DNA of 64,000 nucleotides from Alphaproteobacteria bacterium (GTDB taxonomy: Bacteria; Pseudomonadota; Alphaproteobacteria; SHVP01), in assembly GCA_016869765.1 (NCBI GenBank), contig VGES01000010.1:13573-77572 (forward strand), in the 5' to 3' direction. Made by a program: the position numbers and the translations under genes. Of this stretch, positions 46,354-56,278 are shown piece after piece. The notes beneath the pieces were generated by a model. The model was not told the origin of the DNA. It was given only the letters and a program-made list of their open reading frames with translations, and searched no databases. Each line of letters opens with the position of its first letter. Position 1 is the first letter of the stretch.

Positions 46354-48093
46354 TCAGGCGGCGAGGAACGCAGCGATGGTCGGCGCGCAATCCTTGGCGC
46401 GGTACTCGAACATCGAGTTGCCGTACCCGGCAAACTCGACGTAGCGCCCGTTCTTGAGCAGTTTCGCGCCGCGCCGCGACGGTTCGATCAAGCTGTCCTG
46501 GTCGGAACAGACGAGCAGGAGCTCGTTCTCGATGTGCGGCAACACCTCGCCCAGAAGGTAGAGATTGGCGGCCCGTGGTCCCCACCAGGTGCACGGCCCG
46601 GCGCGCAATGTCTCGTAGAAGCGAAAGGCGATCTGATCCTGATCGAGCTTGCCGCGGTTCAGATTCTGGTAGCGATCCCAGAGCTGGGCGATATGGCCGC
46701 CGTCTTCTTGGACAGGGATCGATCCCATGCGGCCCTGCCACCCGCGCTGTTCTTCGGCCGAGTACACCCCGGCCGTATTCATCACCACACGACGCACGAG
46801 ATCGCGCCGCCGGTAGGCGGTCTCGATCGCTGTCTTGACACCCGTATGATCGCCGAGGAGGTCGACCTTGGGATGCCCCAACGCCTGGAGAAGACCGATC
46901 ATGGCCTCGGCGTAGTCGGCGATATCGGGGCGAACCGCCGGCTTGAACGACTCGCCATATCCAGGCGAGTCCACCGCCATGACCGTCCGTGGGCCAGCCA
47001 GCTCGTGCAGCAGGGCCTCGAAGTAATGACCGGACCGTGGACTCATGTGAAAGCACAACAGCGGCGGAGCCGCCGGGTTGCCCGCAATAACGCGAACGTG
47101 CATTTGCCCGCGCGGGGTCATGATGAAGCGCCGTTCGATTGCGGAACGCCCCGATACCGGCAGCGACGGCGCCACCTTGGGCGTCGCCTGCGAGCTCTCG
47201 CCCGCCGGGCCGTCGAGAAACTGGCGCAGGATCGCGGCGAGTTCTTCCGCGCGACGGCTGATCGAGCCCACCCGCCAATCGGGCAGTGGCAGGAGGCGAC
47301 CATTCTCGAGGTAGCGGGCCGCACGCTGGGTTTCGTCCCACAGCCCGTCGTTGGTGCACAGGACCAGCACCGGCTGCTCCAAGCGGGGCAGATTTTCTGC
47401 GTGCGAATAGTTGTAAGCCGCGTGATAGCCGAACCACGTCCGTTCGCGCGCCCGCAACGTCTCGCAGAAGTCTCGATCGACCAAACCGAAAGGGGCGTCC
47501 GCGTCGTAGTGGCGGCGGAATTCGGCCCAACGTTGCCGGAAGTGCTCTCCCGAAGCCGGTTTCCAGGATTCGGTCCGCTTCTCGACCAAAAGCCGCTGTT
47601 GGGCCGCCACCTGCTGGGCGTCGTAGATCGGCGCGGCGTGAAGCACGACCCTGCGAACCTGGCGCGGGCGTTGCTGCGCCAACTCGACGGCGATCTTGGA
47701 GCCGGTGTGATCGCCCAACAGATCAACGATCCCCAGTCCCAACTCGTCGAGCAGATCACCGATGGCGGCGGCATACGCGCCGATCGAGGGTGGTTCTGCT
47801 GGGGCATCAGAATCGCCAAAGCCCGGCGTATCGGGGGCGATGGCGCGACGGTCGCGGCCCATCACGGCGAGAAGCTGCTCCCAGGCGCGCCCTGAGGACG
47901 GGCTCTGGTGCAGGCAGATCAGGGGCACCCGATCGCGGCGCGGAACGCTTGCGGCGCGATAGTGAATCTGACCGAAACGACAACGGCCATAGGCGCGCGT
48001 GACGCCGGCGGGCGTCGACCACCACGAAAGATCATCGCCCGAGGCTTCCTGGTCCTCTGGCCAGCCTGTTGCCGCTGACTGCACGACGTTCAT
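46354..48093 (-). CDS. Didomain alpha/beta-hydrolase-fold protein, two GDHTG elbows (H4)
   Basis: ATG at 48093 preceded by GGAGGG. LLGDHTGSKIAVE and LLGDHTGVKTAIE. The track start 48225 is probably too long. Confidence 0.75.
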   Translation of the reverse strand: MNVVQSAATGWPEDQEASGDDLSWWSTPAGVTRAYGRCRFGQIHYRAASVPRRDRVPLICLHQSPSSGRAWEQLLAVMGRDRRAIAPDTPGFGDSDAPAEPPSIGAYAAAIGDLLDELGLGIVDLLGDHTGSKIAVELAQQRPRQVRRVVLHAAPIYDAQQVAAQQRLLVEKRTESWKPASGEHFRQRWAEFRRHYDADAPFGLVDRDFCETLRARERTWFGYHAAYNYSHAENLPRLEQPVLVLCTNDGLWDETQRAARYLENGRLLPLPDWRVGSISRRAEELAAILRQFLDGPAGESSQATPKVAPSLPVSGRSAIERRFIMTPRGQMHVRVIAGNPAAPPLLCFHMSPRSGHYFEALLHELAGPRTVMAVDSPGYGESFKPAVRPDIADYAEAMIGLLQALGHPKVDLLGDHTGVKTAIETAYRRRDLVRRVVMNTAGVYSAEEQRGWQGRMGSIPVQEDGGHIAQLWDRYQNLNRGKLDQDQIAFRFYETLRAGPCTWWGPRAANLYLLGEVLPHIENELLLVCSDQDSLIEPSRRGAKLLKNGRYVEFAGYGNSMFEYRAKDCAPTIAAFLAA

Positions 48094-48187
48094 TGTCCCT
48101 CCGTTCGAGGCAGTATGAACGGCGTTCACGACGGTGCAACCCGGGCTTGACGCTACGGCGGGCGGCAGCGAGAACTGGCGATATACG

Positions 48188-48976
48188 ATGCCCAGGTTTT
48201 CCGCCAATCTTTCACTTCTGTTCACCGAGCATGCCGTGCTCGATCGATTCGCGGCGGCGCGAGATGCCGGATTCGAGGCGGTCGAAATTCAGTTCCCCTA
48301 CGACCTGCCCGTCGAGCACTGGCGGCGTGCCAAAGAGCGCAGCGGCCTGGACTTCGTGTTGTTCAACGTCCCGGCGGGCGATCTCCCCAAGGGCGGGGCC
48401 GGCCTCGCGGGCGTGCCGGGACGCGAGGGGCATTTTCGCGCCGCCGTGGCCGAGGCGAAACACTATGCTGAAGCCTTAGCGCCGCGGGCGGTCAATGTCC
48501 TCGCCGGTTGGCCTTCGCCGACGGTCGATCGTGACCGCTGCCGCGAGAGTCTGGTCGCCAATCTGGGCTATGCCGCCGACGTCATGAGTTCCCTAGGGGT
48601 TCGGGTCGTGGTCGAACCGATCAATCGTGTCGATCGCCCGGACTCCTTGGTCGCGACGTCCCACGATGGTCTCGAGATATTGGCGACCGTAGGCCACGCC
48701 AACCTCGCGCTTCAATGGGATGCCTATCACATGGCGATGATGGGCGAGGACCCGGCCGCTTCCCTGCCCGCGCTCGCCGACAAGATCGGGCATATCCAGT
48801 TTGCGGACGCTCCCGGCCGCCAGGAGCCGGGAACGGGGGCGATCGATTTCGACGCCCTGTTCACGGCGATCGACTCTTGTGCGTACGAGGGTTGGGTGGG
48901 CGCCGAATACGTGCCGTCGGGTGCGACACGGGACAGCTTGAATTGGCTGCGGCGCCGGCGCGCGCGCCCGGCCTAG
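48188..48976 (+). CDS. hyi: Hydroxypyruvate isomerase-like TIM-barrel (xylose isomerase-like fold)
   Basis: MPRFSANLSLLFTE..., VVVEPIN, HIQFAD and GWVGAEY are typical Hyi/OtnI-type motifs. Confidence 0.75.
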   Translation: MPRFSANLSLLFTEHAVLDRFAAARDAGFEAVEIQFPYDLPVEHWRRAKERSGLDFVLFNVPAGDLPKGGAGLAGVPGREGHFRAAVAEAKHYAEALAPRAVNVLAGWPSPTVDRDRCRESLVANLGYAADVMSSLGVRVVVEPINRVDRPDSLVATSHDGLEILATVGHANLALQWDAYHMAMMGEDPAASLPALADKIGHIQFADAPGRQEPGTGAIDFDALFTAIDSCAYEGWVGAEYVPSGATRDSLNWLRRRRARPA

Positions 48977-50982
48977 GAACCGGTGGCCTTGCGCATGGCA
49001 TCGATCCAGCGCGCCAAGTCTTCGCTCTTTTGGTAGGGCATGCCGTCGCCCTTAGCCGCAACGGCGGCGTGCGGCCGGATATCGTTGCGGGTCATTTCGA
49101 AGGACGCCTTGTCCTTCAAACCGGCCTGGGCATAACTCGCCGCCAGGAACAGGCGGTTGGGCAACCAATTCGGACTGATGTCGAGGCCACGACGAAATGC
49201 TGTGGCCGCCGCGTCGTAGTCCTGTTTGACGAACAACGCATGACCGACGCTGAACTGGTACCAAGCCGGCGGACGCGGGTTCAGGCGAAACGCCGTCTGG
49301 GCATGAATGAGCGCATCATCCGGGGCGCCAGTCCAAGCCAGCACACGCGCCAGCCGAGCGCGGCCATCGGCAAAGTTGGGATCGAGATCGACGCCCTTGG
49401 CCGCCGCCGCCACCGCCGGCCCGAACTGGCGCTTCTCCAGAAGTCCCATGGCCAACACACTCTGAGCGGCCGCCAGCGTCTCGTCGAGCGCGACCGCTCG
49501 CTGCGCCGCATCGAGCGCCTTGTCGAGGCTGGCACCAAACGGCGGCTGGGAATCGGCAATGCGGATCTGCGCCACGGCCAAGCCCTCGTACGCCGCGGCG
49601 AACTGCGGGTCGACCTCGATCGCCTTGCCAAAAGCCGTGACGGCGTTGTCGAGCGCTTCTCGACCACTCCCCATCAAGGCAGCGCGGCCACGCAGGAGAT
49701 GTTCGTAAGCCTCGGGACGGCGCGTATCGCGACGCCGCAATACGCCGATCTCTTCCTCGGTCAACGGCGCCCCGATACCGGCCGCCAAATCGCGAGCGAT
49801 CTCGGTGCGTGTGAGTTGTAATTCATGCAGACCGCGGTCGAAGGGCTTCATCCACATCGGGGCTTCCTTGCCGCCCTCAAGCATCTGCACGGTCAGGCGC
49901 ACACGATCGCCGGTCCGTTGCAGCACTCCGACCAACGCGTAGCGAACGCCGAGCTCCAGGCCGACTTTGGCAACGGATCCAGGAGCGCCGTCGTAGCGGA
50001 ACGAAGAATCGGTGGCGACGACGAAGCGATCGCTACTGCGGCTCAGGGCGCGCGCCACGTCATCGGCGAGCGCCCGCGCCAAATAGTCGAGAGACGGATC
50101 GCGCGCAACGTTGTTGAACGGCAGGATCGCGATCGACGGTCGGTCGGGCAAGGGCGGCGGCCCCTCGCCGAAGGTTGGGTCGGCGTCACGCGACCCGCTT
50201 CTAGCGATGTCTCGCTGGTCGCGGTTTTGCGAATCTTGCCCACCCGCGCGGCTGACGTTCGGATCGAGAATGCTCGCGACAGGCTTGTCGAACAGCGGCA
50301 CCCGATTGCCAGCCACGACGTTGACCGGCGCGTCGCTGCCCTCGATCTTGCTGCGCTGCCACATGTAAGCGCCGAGCACGCCGAACACCATCACGGCGAG
50401 GATCGTCCCGGCAATCGCCCGACGGCCAATCCCGCCCCCGAGCCGACGACTGCGCACGTTCGCGTAGGCCTCGAGACTTTCGGCCCCCTTGAAGACCTCG
50501 AACGTCCGACCGCCCAAGTCCTGCTCGCCGAGTTCCTCGAACTCGAGGTCGGTCCGTCCATCGACCTGGTCATAGGCGCGCTTGGTGAAGCACGTGTCGC
50601 CAGCTTCGCCGAGCCCACTCAGGGCCGTCGCGACCGTCACCGCCTCGCCCCTGAGGTTTCGCCCTTCGCCGCTCACCGTCCCGACGTCGACCCCCATGCG
50701 GAAGCGCATCTGGCGATGATTGGGCTGGTCTTGGTTGAGTTCGCGGACCTCCTCGTGGATCGCCGTCGCCGCATTGGCGGCCGCCACCGGACTGACGAAC
50801 TCAGCCTTGAAATGATCGCGCTCGGCCGCGAACAGCCGACCGCGGTTCTCCGTGACGTGGCCGCGTACGATGTCGAGATAGCTGCGAAGCTGGCGCTGGG
50901 CCCAGGCTTTGTCGCTCGCCAACAGTTCGTCGAAGCGATCGACAGTCAGGGCGAGTACCGCCGTTAGTTTGGTGGTGGCCAC
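48973..50982 (-). CDS. Membrane protein: N-terminal cyclase-homology-like domain, TM helix, TolB-N-like module and TPR repeats
   Basis: GTG at 50982 with GGAGAG 7 nt upstream. TM helix AIAGTILAVMVFGVLGAYMW. SIAILPFNNVARDPSLDYLARALADDV is the pattern seen in cyclase/TPR regulators. The C-terminal half is TPR-like. Confidence 0.65.
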   Translation of the reverse strand: MATTKLTAVLALTVDRFDELLASDKAWAQRQLRSYLDIVRGHVTENRGRLFAAERDHFKAEFVSPVAAANAATAIHEEVRELNQDQPNHRQMRFRMGVDVGTVSGEGRNLRGEAVTVATALSGLGEAGDTCFTKRAYDQVDGRTDLEFEELGEQDLGGRTFEVFKGAESLEAYANVRSRRLGGGIGRRAIAGTILAVMVFGVLGAYMWQRSKIEGSDAPVNVVAGNRVPLFDKPVASILDPNVSRAGGQDSQNRDQRDIARSGSRDADPTFGEGPPPLPDRPSIAILPFNNVARDPSLDYLARALADDVARALSRSSDRFVVATDSSFRYDGAPGSVAKVGLELGVRYALVGVLQRTGDRVRLTVQMLEGGKEAPMWMKPFDRGLHELQLTRTEIARDLAAGIGAPLTEEEIGVLRRRDTRRPEAYEHLLRGRAALMGSGREALDNAVTAFGKAIEVDPQFAAAYEGLAVAQIRIADSQPPFGASLDKALDAAQRAVALDETLAAAQSVLAMGLLEKRQFGPAVAAAAKGVDLDPNFADGRARLARVLAWTGAPDDALIHAQTAFRLNPRPPAWYQFSVGHALFVKQDYDAAATAFRRGLDISPNWLPNRLFLAASYAQAGLKDKASFEMTRNDIRPHAAVAAKGDGMPYQKSEDLARWIDAMRKATGS

Positions 50983-51184
50983 CCGTTTGCTCTCCGCGCA
51001 ACTCCGACTTGTTGGTATCCGGTTTTGCCGTCCCGGTCCAGCGTCAACCCGCTTCGGTGGGGCAATCCGCGCCACTCCACGAGGGCGGCCGGCTGATACA
51101 AACGATTCTGTGAACGATTTATTCCGCTCGACGCAACTCACAGGCAAGATAGGCACGCCGTGGGCAATTGCCGGACCTCTGCCG

Positions 51185-52078
51185 ATGACGATCCCTTTCC
51201 TCCGCGACCTGGCCTTTGAATACGGCGCCTGCGACACACTCACGCCGTTGATCCGCCGCGTGATCGCTCGCAACCCCTCGCCGTTCACGTTCCATGGCAC
51301 CGGCACCTATGTCGTCGGTCGCGGCGAAGTCGCCGTCATCGACCCCGGGCCGCTGCTACCCGAGCACGTCACCGCGATCGGCCAGGCCTTGACCGGCGAA
51401 ACCATCACCCATATCGCCATCACCCACACCCACCGCGATCATTCTCCGGCGGCCACCCCGCTGAAGCGGAGCTTTGGCGGTTTGACCTACGGGTTCGGAC
51501 CGCACGGCTCGGGGCGGCCCGATTCCGGGGCCGAGGTCGAGGAAGGTGGGGATCGCGACTTCCGCCCCGACGTCACCCTCCGTGACGGCGACCGGCTCGA
51601 GGGTCCGGGCTGGACCCTCGAGGCGGTCCACACCCCGGGTCATTGTTCCAACCACCTGTGCTTCCGGCTGATCGAAGAAGAGGCGCTGTTCACGGGCGAT
51701 CACGTGATGGGCTGGTCGACCACGGTGATCGCGCCACCGGACGGCGACATGGGCGCCTATTTCCATAGCCTGGAGAAGCTGCTCCATCGTCACGACACGA
51801 TCTACTGGCCGACCCACGGTCCGGCGATTCGCGATCCCCACCCGTTCGTCCGCGCCTACCTCGCGCACCGCCGGGAACGCGAGCAGCAGATTCTGGATTG
51901 CCTAGCCGATGGCGCATCGACCATTCCAGGGATCGTGCAACGGCTCTACGCCGCCGTCGATCCCCGGCTCCATCCGGCTGCGGCGCGCTCGGTGTTGGCG
52001 CATCTCATCCATCTCGTCGAGACGCGCCGCGCGGCCTGCGACGGCCCGCCGAGCCTGCAGTCGACGTTCCGCCGCTGA
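51185..52078 (+). CDS. MBL-fold metallo-hydrolase
   Basis: THTHRDH (HxHxDH) and HTPGH. The C-terminal winged-helix-like tail is common in this subfamily. Confidence 0.8.
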   Translation: MTIPFLRDLAFEYGACDTLTPLIRRVIARNPSPFTFHGTGTYVVGRGEVAVIDPGPLLPEHVTAIGQALTGETITHIAITHTHRDHSPAATPLKRSFGGLTYGFGPHGSGRPDSGAEVEEGGDRDFRPDVTLRDGDRLEGPGWTLEAVHTPGHCSNHLCFRLIEEEALFTGDHVMGWSTTVIAPPDGDMGAYFHSLEKLLHRHDTIYWPTHGPAIRDPHPFVRAYLAHRREREQQILDCLADGASTIPGIVQRLYAAVDPRLHPAAARSVLAHLIHLVETRRAACDGPPSLQSTFRR

Positions 52079-52086
52079 CCGCCCGG

Positions 52087-53715
52087 CTAAGACGCCGGCA
52101 ACCGATGCAGGCGATAATCTTCGCGCAGCTTCGACTTGAGGAGCTTGCCGGTCGCTGTATGCGGCAGCTCCGGGACGAAGATGACGTCGTCAGGCAGCCA
52201 CCACTTGGCCAGTTTCGGCGTGAGGAACGCCAGCATCTCTTCGCGGGATACCGTTGCCCCCGAACGCTTGACGACGAGCAGGAGCGGCCGCTCGTCCCAT
52301 TTCGGGTGCGGCACGCCGATGACGCAGGCTTCGGCGACCGCCGGGTGACCGACCGCCAGGTTCTCGATTTCGATCGAGCTGATCCACTCGCCGCCCGACT
52401 TGATCACGTCCTTGGCTCGGTCGGTGATATGCATGTACCCATCGCCATCGAGCGTCGCGACATCCCCGGTGTCGAACCACTCACCTGCGCCCAGACGGAC
52501 CCCCTCACCTTTGAAGTACCCGTTGGCGGTCCACGGCCCGCGGACCAGGAGATGGCCGAACGCCTTACCGTCCCGCGGCAGTTCCTTGCCGTCGTCATCG
52601 ACGATCTTGAGCTCGACCCCGTAGAGCGCCCGGCCCTGTTTCACCTGAACGTCGAGGCGTTGCTCGTTGGACGCCACGGCATGTTTGGGCAATAGGCGGT
52701 TCACGACGCCGAGCGGGCTCATTTCGGTCATGCCCCAGGCGTGCAGGACGTTAACGCCATATTGGCGCTGAAACGTGTCGATCATCGAGCGCGGGGCTGC
52801 CGCGCCGCCGATCACGATCGAGCGGACGGCTCCGAGGCCTTTCTTGGTTTCCGCCAGGTGACCGAGCAACGCCAACCACACCGTCGGAACGCCGGCGAGC
52901 AGGGTGACCCGTTCTCGCTCGATCAACTCCAGGAGACTCGCGCCATCGAGCTTGGCGCCGGGGAACACGAGTTTCGCCCCACACATCGGGGCGGCATAGG
53001 CCAGGCCCCACGCGTTGGCGTGAAACATCGGCACCACCGGCAGGATGACCTCGCTGCTCGACAGGTCGAGCGCGTCGGGCATGCAAGCGCCCCAGGAATG
53101 CAGCACCGTCGAGCGATGGCTATAGATGACCCCCTTGGGGTTACCCGTCGTCCCCGAGGTGTAGCAGAGCGAGGACGCGGCCGCCTCGTCGAACTCCGGC
53201 CACACGAAATCGGCGGACGCCTCGGCGAGGAGGGTCTCGTAGCACAGGGTCCGCTCGAGCCTGCTCGGCGGCATGTGCTCGGCGTCGGTGAGGATGACGA
53301 AAGCCTTGATGGATTTGAGCTTCGGCGCCAGTGCCTCGATCAAAGGCAGGAACGTCAGGTCGACGAACAGGTAGACATCCTCGGCATGGTTCGCGATGTA
53401 GGCGATCTGGTCGGGGAATAGCCGCGGGTTGATCGTGTGCAGCACCGCGCCGAGGCCCGAGACGCCGAAATACAACTCGAGATGGCGCTGACTGTTCCAA
53501 GCCAGGGTCGCCACCCGATCGCCACGACCAACGCCGAGGCGCTGGAGCGCATTGGCGAGCCGCTTGGAACGGGCCAACGCGTCGCGGTAACCGTAGCGGT
53601 GAATCGGACCTTCGATCGTCCGCGTTACGATCTCCTGGTCGCCGTGATACAGCGCCGCGTATTCGATCAGCGACGAGATCATCAGCGGGCGATCCATCAT
53701 TTGGCCGCGCAGCAT
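52087..53715 (-). CDS. AMP-dependent acyl-CoA synthetase (fatty-acid--CoA ligase)
   Basis: 542 aa. [12 protein letters not shown] (AMP-binding P-loop), TGD..DGY..I.DR.KD, GKLLK. Confidence 0.85.
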   Translation of the reverse strand: MLRGQMMDRPLMISSLIEYAALYHGDQEIVTRTIEGPIHRYGYRDALARSKRLANALQRLGVGRGDRVATLAWNSQRHLELYFGVSGLGAVLHTINPRLFPDQIAYIANHAEDVYLFVDLTFLPLIEALAPKLKSIKAFVILTDAEHMPPSRLERTLCYETLLAEASADFVWPEFDEAAASSLCYTSGTTGNPKGVIYSHRSTVLHSWGACMPDALDLSSSEVILPVVPMFHANAWGLAYAAPMCGAKLVFPGAKLDGASLLELIERERVTLLAGVPTVWLALLGHLAETKKGLGAVRSIVIGGAAAPRSMIDTFQRQYGVNVLHAWGMTEMSPLGVVNRLLPKHAVASNEQRLDVQVKQGRALYGVELKIVDDDGKELPRDGKAFGHLLVRGPWTANGYFKGEGVRLGAGEWFDTGDVATLDGDGYMHITDRAKDVIKSGGEWISSIEIENLAVGHPAVAEACVIGVPHPKWDERPLLLVVKRSGATVSREEMLAFLTPKLAKWWLPDDVIFVPELPHTATGKLLKSKLREDYRLHRLPAS

Positions 53716-53780
53716 AGTGCCCTCCCCTGAGACCTTCAGTCTAAGGGGAGGGGTGCCGCGCGGTCACGCGGATGCAGCCT

Positions 53781-54647
53781 CTAGTGGGACATCAGAACCG
53801 GGATATCGGCCCGTGCCAACACCTCGGAGGTGGCGCCGCCAAAGATCAAGTGGCGCAGGCGGCTGCGGGTATAGGCGCCCATCACCAGCAGATCACAACC
53901 CTCGCCCTGCGCCCGGCTCAGGAGCTCCCGCCCGATGCCGCCACGAATCTCCGGAATTTCGATCGATCGGGCGCTGACGCCATGACAGCCGAGGTAGGCG
54001 ATGATATCCGAGACGGGGGCGCCGGCGCGGCGGCCCTCCGGCAAGGAAAGAATGACAACCCGCTCCGCCGCGGTGATGAAATGCAATCCGGCGCCGAGGC
54101 CGAGGGCCCGCGTCGCCTCGATACTGCCGTTCCAGGCGACCGCCACCGACTTTCCCAACGTGCCGAGCGGTTTCGGTGGCGCGATCAGGATCGGTCGACC
54201 GGTTTCCAGCAACGCAATCTCGAGCGTCGTGCGCACGGAGTCGTTGGTGCTGGACGAGCGCGTCGCCACGATCAGGTCTGAAAGGCGTCCGCGCATCGCC
54301 AGAAGCTCGTCTTCGCGTCCCACGGCCGTCGCGAAACTCGCGGAGAAGCCACCGGGGGCTCGCGCCGCGGTTACGGGGACGTTGTAACGCTTGCAGGCCT
54401 CTTCGAACTGTTTGCGCGCGCGGTCGCGTCGCTCGCGCCCCTCCTGCTCGACCGCGTTCATAATGTCCTGGATCATGTTGCTGGTCATGCCCTCGGCCAT
54501 GTAGGCCACGCTGTCGCGCGGATCGAGCGAGACATGAAAGGCCTCGACGTGCGCGTCGACATAGCGGCCGACCTGAAGTGCGACGTCGACCGTCGAACTC
54601 GGTGCATCGGTCCCCGAGACCGGCGCTAGAATGACGTGAATGGCCAT
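53781..54647 (-). CDS. Tandem universal stress protein (two UspA domains)
   Basis: 288 aa with two USP-like halves. The C-terminal GAYTRSRLRHLIFGGATSEVL is a G-2x-G-9x-G(S/T)-like ATP motif. Confidence 0.7.
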   Translation of the reverse strand: MAIHVILAPVSGTDAPSSTVDVALQVGRYVDAHVEAFHVSLDPRDSVAYMAEGMTSNMIQDIMNAVEQEGRERRDRARKQFEEACKRYNVPVTAARAPGGFSASFATAVGREDELLAMRGRLSDLIVATRSSSTNDSVRTTLEIALLETGRPILIAPPKPLGTLGKSVAVAWNGSIEATRALGLGAGLHFITAAERVVILSLPEGRRAGAPVSDIIAYLGCHGVSARSIEIPEIRGGIGRELLSRAQGEGCDLLVMGAYTRSRLRHLIFGGATSEVLARADIPVLMSH

Positions 54648-54736
54648 GGCGACCCCCTACCCATTGCTGACCGATTTTCCCACACGATCATGCGTCTGTA
54701 ACCTAGATTGCTGCTGTCATCAGGCGATGACCCAGG

Positions 54737-56269
54737 TCAACCTGATCGAACGATCCGACGCATCTCGCCCAGGGCGCTGCCCCGCTTGCCACCAGCGTCG
54801 ATTCGCCGCCACTCGACCGCGTCGGATGCCGACGCCAGTTGAGACTCGAGCACCGCGAGATCGGCGTCCGAGGCGTCATCGCTGCGGGCGGCGACGCGCG
54901 CTCGCAGCACCTCGGCCGGCGCATCGAGCCAGAAACCGACGAACGGAACACCCGTCACACGTGCAACCTCGGTGAGGCGCTGGCGATCGCCCACGCGATT
55001 CCATACGGCGTCCGCGATGACCGACCGACCCGACGCGAGCACGTTCGCGGCACGAACAAAAAGGATATCGAACACCTTGGCGGAAACCTCCGGGCGGTAG
55101 GCCTCGGGCGGCAGTCGCTCGAGTGGATCGCGACCAAACAGCTTTTTCCGGATGACGTCCGAGCGAAGGATGACCGCCCCTGGAAAACCCCCAACCTCGG
55201 GCGCCAGTGCCCGCGACATTGTCGACTTCCCGGAACCCGACAGCCCCCCGATCGCAATCAATCGCGGCGGCGATCCGTCCAGCAGGTTCGTCACCTCCCG
55301 GAGATACCGGTTCGCCTCGGCGACCTTGGCATCGCGGGCCGCGGCGTCTGGCTGCACCTTCGCCGCCGGACCACCCACGTGAGCCCGGATCGCCGCGCGA
55401 CAGGCGAGATAGAGCGGGAGAAGCGCCAACCCGGCATCGTCGCTGGTACGCCAGGCATATTCGTTGAGGACGACGTTGGCGAGGTCCCTTCGCCCGCGAT
55501 GGCCGAGGTCCATCAGCAAGAAGGCAAGATCGTAGAGCGCATCACACACCGCCAGTCGTTCGTCGAACTCGATCGAATCGAACAGGACCGGCTTGCCATC
55601 GATCAGACAGATGTTCCGGAGATGCAGATCGCCGTGCAGAAGACGAACGAAGCCGCCGTCCGGTCGTTTGGCCAGGACGGGCGTGCGCCGTTCCAGTTCC
55701 TGACGCAACCCGGCCACGGCCGCGGCCACATCGGAGGCCGGAAATACGTCCGACTGGTCCTGGAGTTCGCGCGCCGCGATTTCGACGACGCGCATCATCT
55801 CGGCCGGCAGATCGACGCAAGAACGGATTTCGGCGCTGCGCTGAAAACGATCGATCTCGGCGCACAGGGCCTCGATGAGCTTTTCGTCGAGACGCCCCTC
55901 CTCGGCCAAACGATCGAACAGCAAACTGTCGTCGAAGCGGCGCATGACGACCAGCCAGTCGATCGCCGTTCCGGCCCCGTCGATTGCCAGACGACCGTCC
56001 GACTCGCGGGTCACGGCGGCGATCCGCTCGTAAATCCGTGGCGCCGTTCGCCGGTTGAGGCGAACCTCGGCCTCGCACATGGCGCGCCGGCGCTCGGGCG
56101 TTCCGTAATCGAGATAGGGGAAGCGAACCGCCCGCTTCAGCTTGTAGGCCCGGGTCGCCGTCAGAACTACGACCGCGCCATGCGTGTCGATTCGCCGGAT
56201 CGGGCCGCCGCCATGGGTCCCGGGAGCGCACAGAAAATCGATGATCTCGCGCTGGTCCTGGACGATCAC
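54737..56269 (-). CDS. Bifunctional aminoglycoside-phosphotransferase-like kinase / P-loop ATP-binding protein
   Basis: 510 aa. APH/kinase motif LLHGDLHLRNI plus a C-terminal Walker A GGLSGSGKST. Confidence 0.7.
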   Translation of the reverse strand: MIVQDQREIIDFLCAPGTHGGGPIRRIDTHGAVVVLTATRAYKLKRAVRFPYLDYGTPERRRAMCEAEVRLNRRTAPRIYERIAAVTRESDGRLAIDGAGTAIDWLVVMRRFDDSLLFDRLAEEGRLDEKLIEALCAEIDRFQRSAEIRSCVDLPAEMMRVVEIAARELQDQSDVFPASDVAAAVAGLRQELERRTPVLAKRPDGGFVRLLHGDLHLRNICLIDGKPVLFDSIEFDERLAVCDALYDLAFLLMDLGHRGRRDLANVVLNEYAWRTSDDAGLALLPLYLACRAAIRAHVGGPAAKVQPDAAARDAKVAEANRYLREVTNLLDGSPPRLIAIGGLSGSGKSTMSRALAPEVGGFPGAVILRSDVIRKKLFGRDPLERLPPEAYRPEVSAKVFDILFVRAANVLASGRSVIADAVWNRVGDRQRLTEVARVTGVPFVGFWLDAPAEVLRARVAARSDDASDADLAVLESQLASASDAVEWRRIDAGGKRGSALGEMRRIVRSG

Positions 56270-56278
56270 GCTCTCCCC

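Noticed and set aside
45931-47895. 654-aa + ORF and 497-aa - ORF (46037..47530) across the hydrolase array
   Set aside because: These are shadow frames of H3/H4. They have no motifs and Arg/Gly/Pro-rich composition, whereas the called frames show repeated conserved hydrolase motifs.
53721-53752. Inverted repeat cctcccct...aggggagg between the acyl-CoA synthetase start and the USP gene stop as a terminator
   Set aside because: The 8-bp stem has a 15-nt loop and no T-tract, and one arm doubles as the GGGAGGG ribosome-binding site of the synthetase gene. The evidence is too weak to call.
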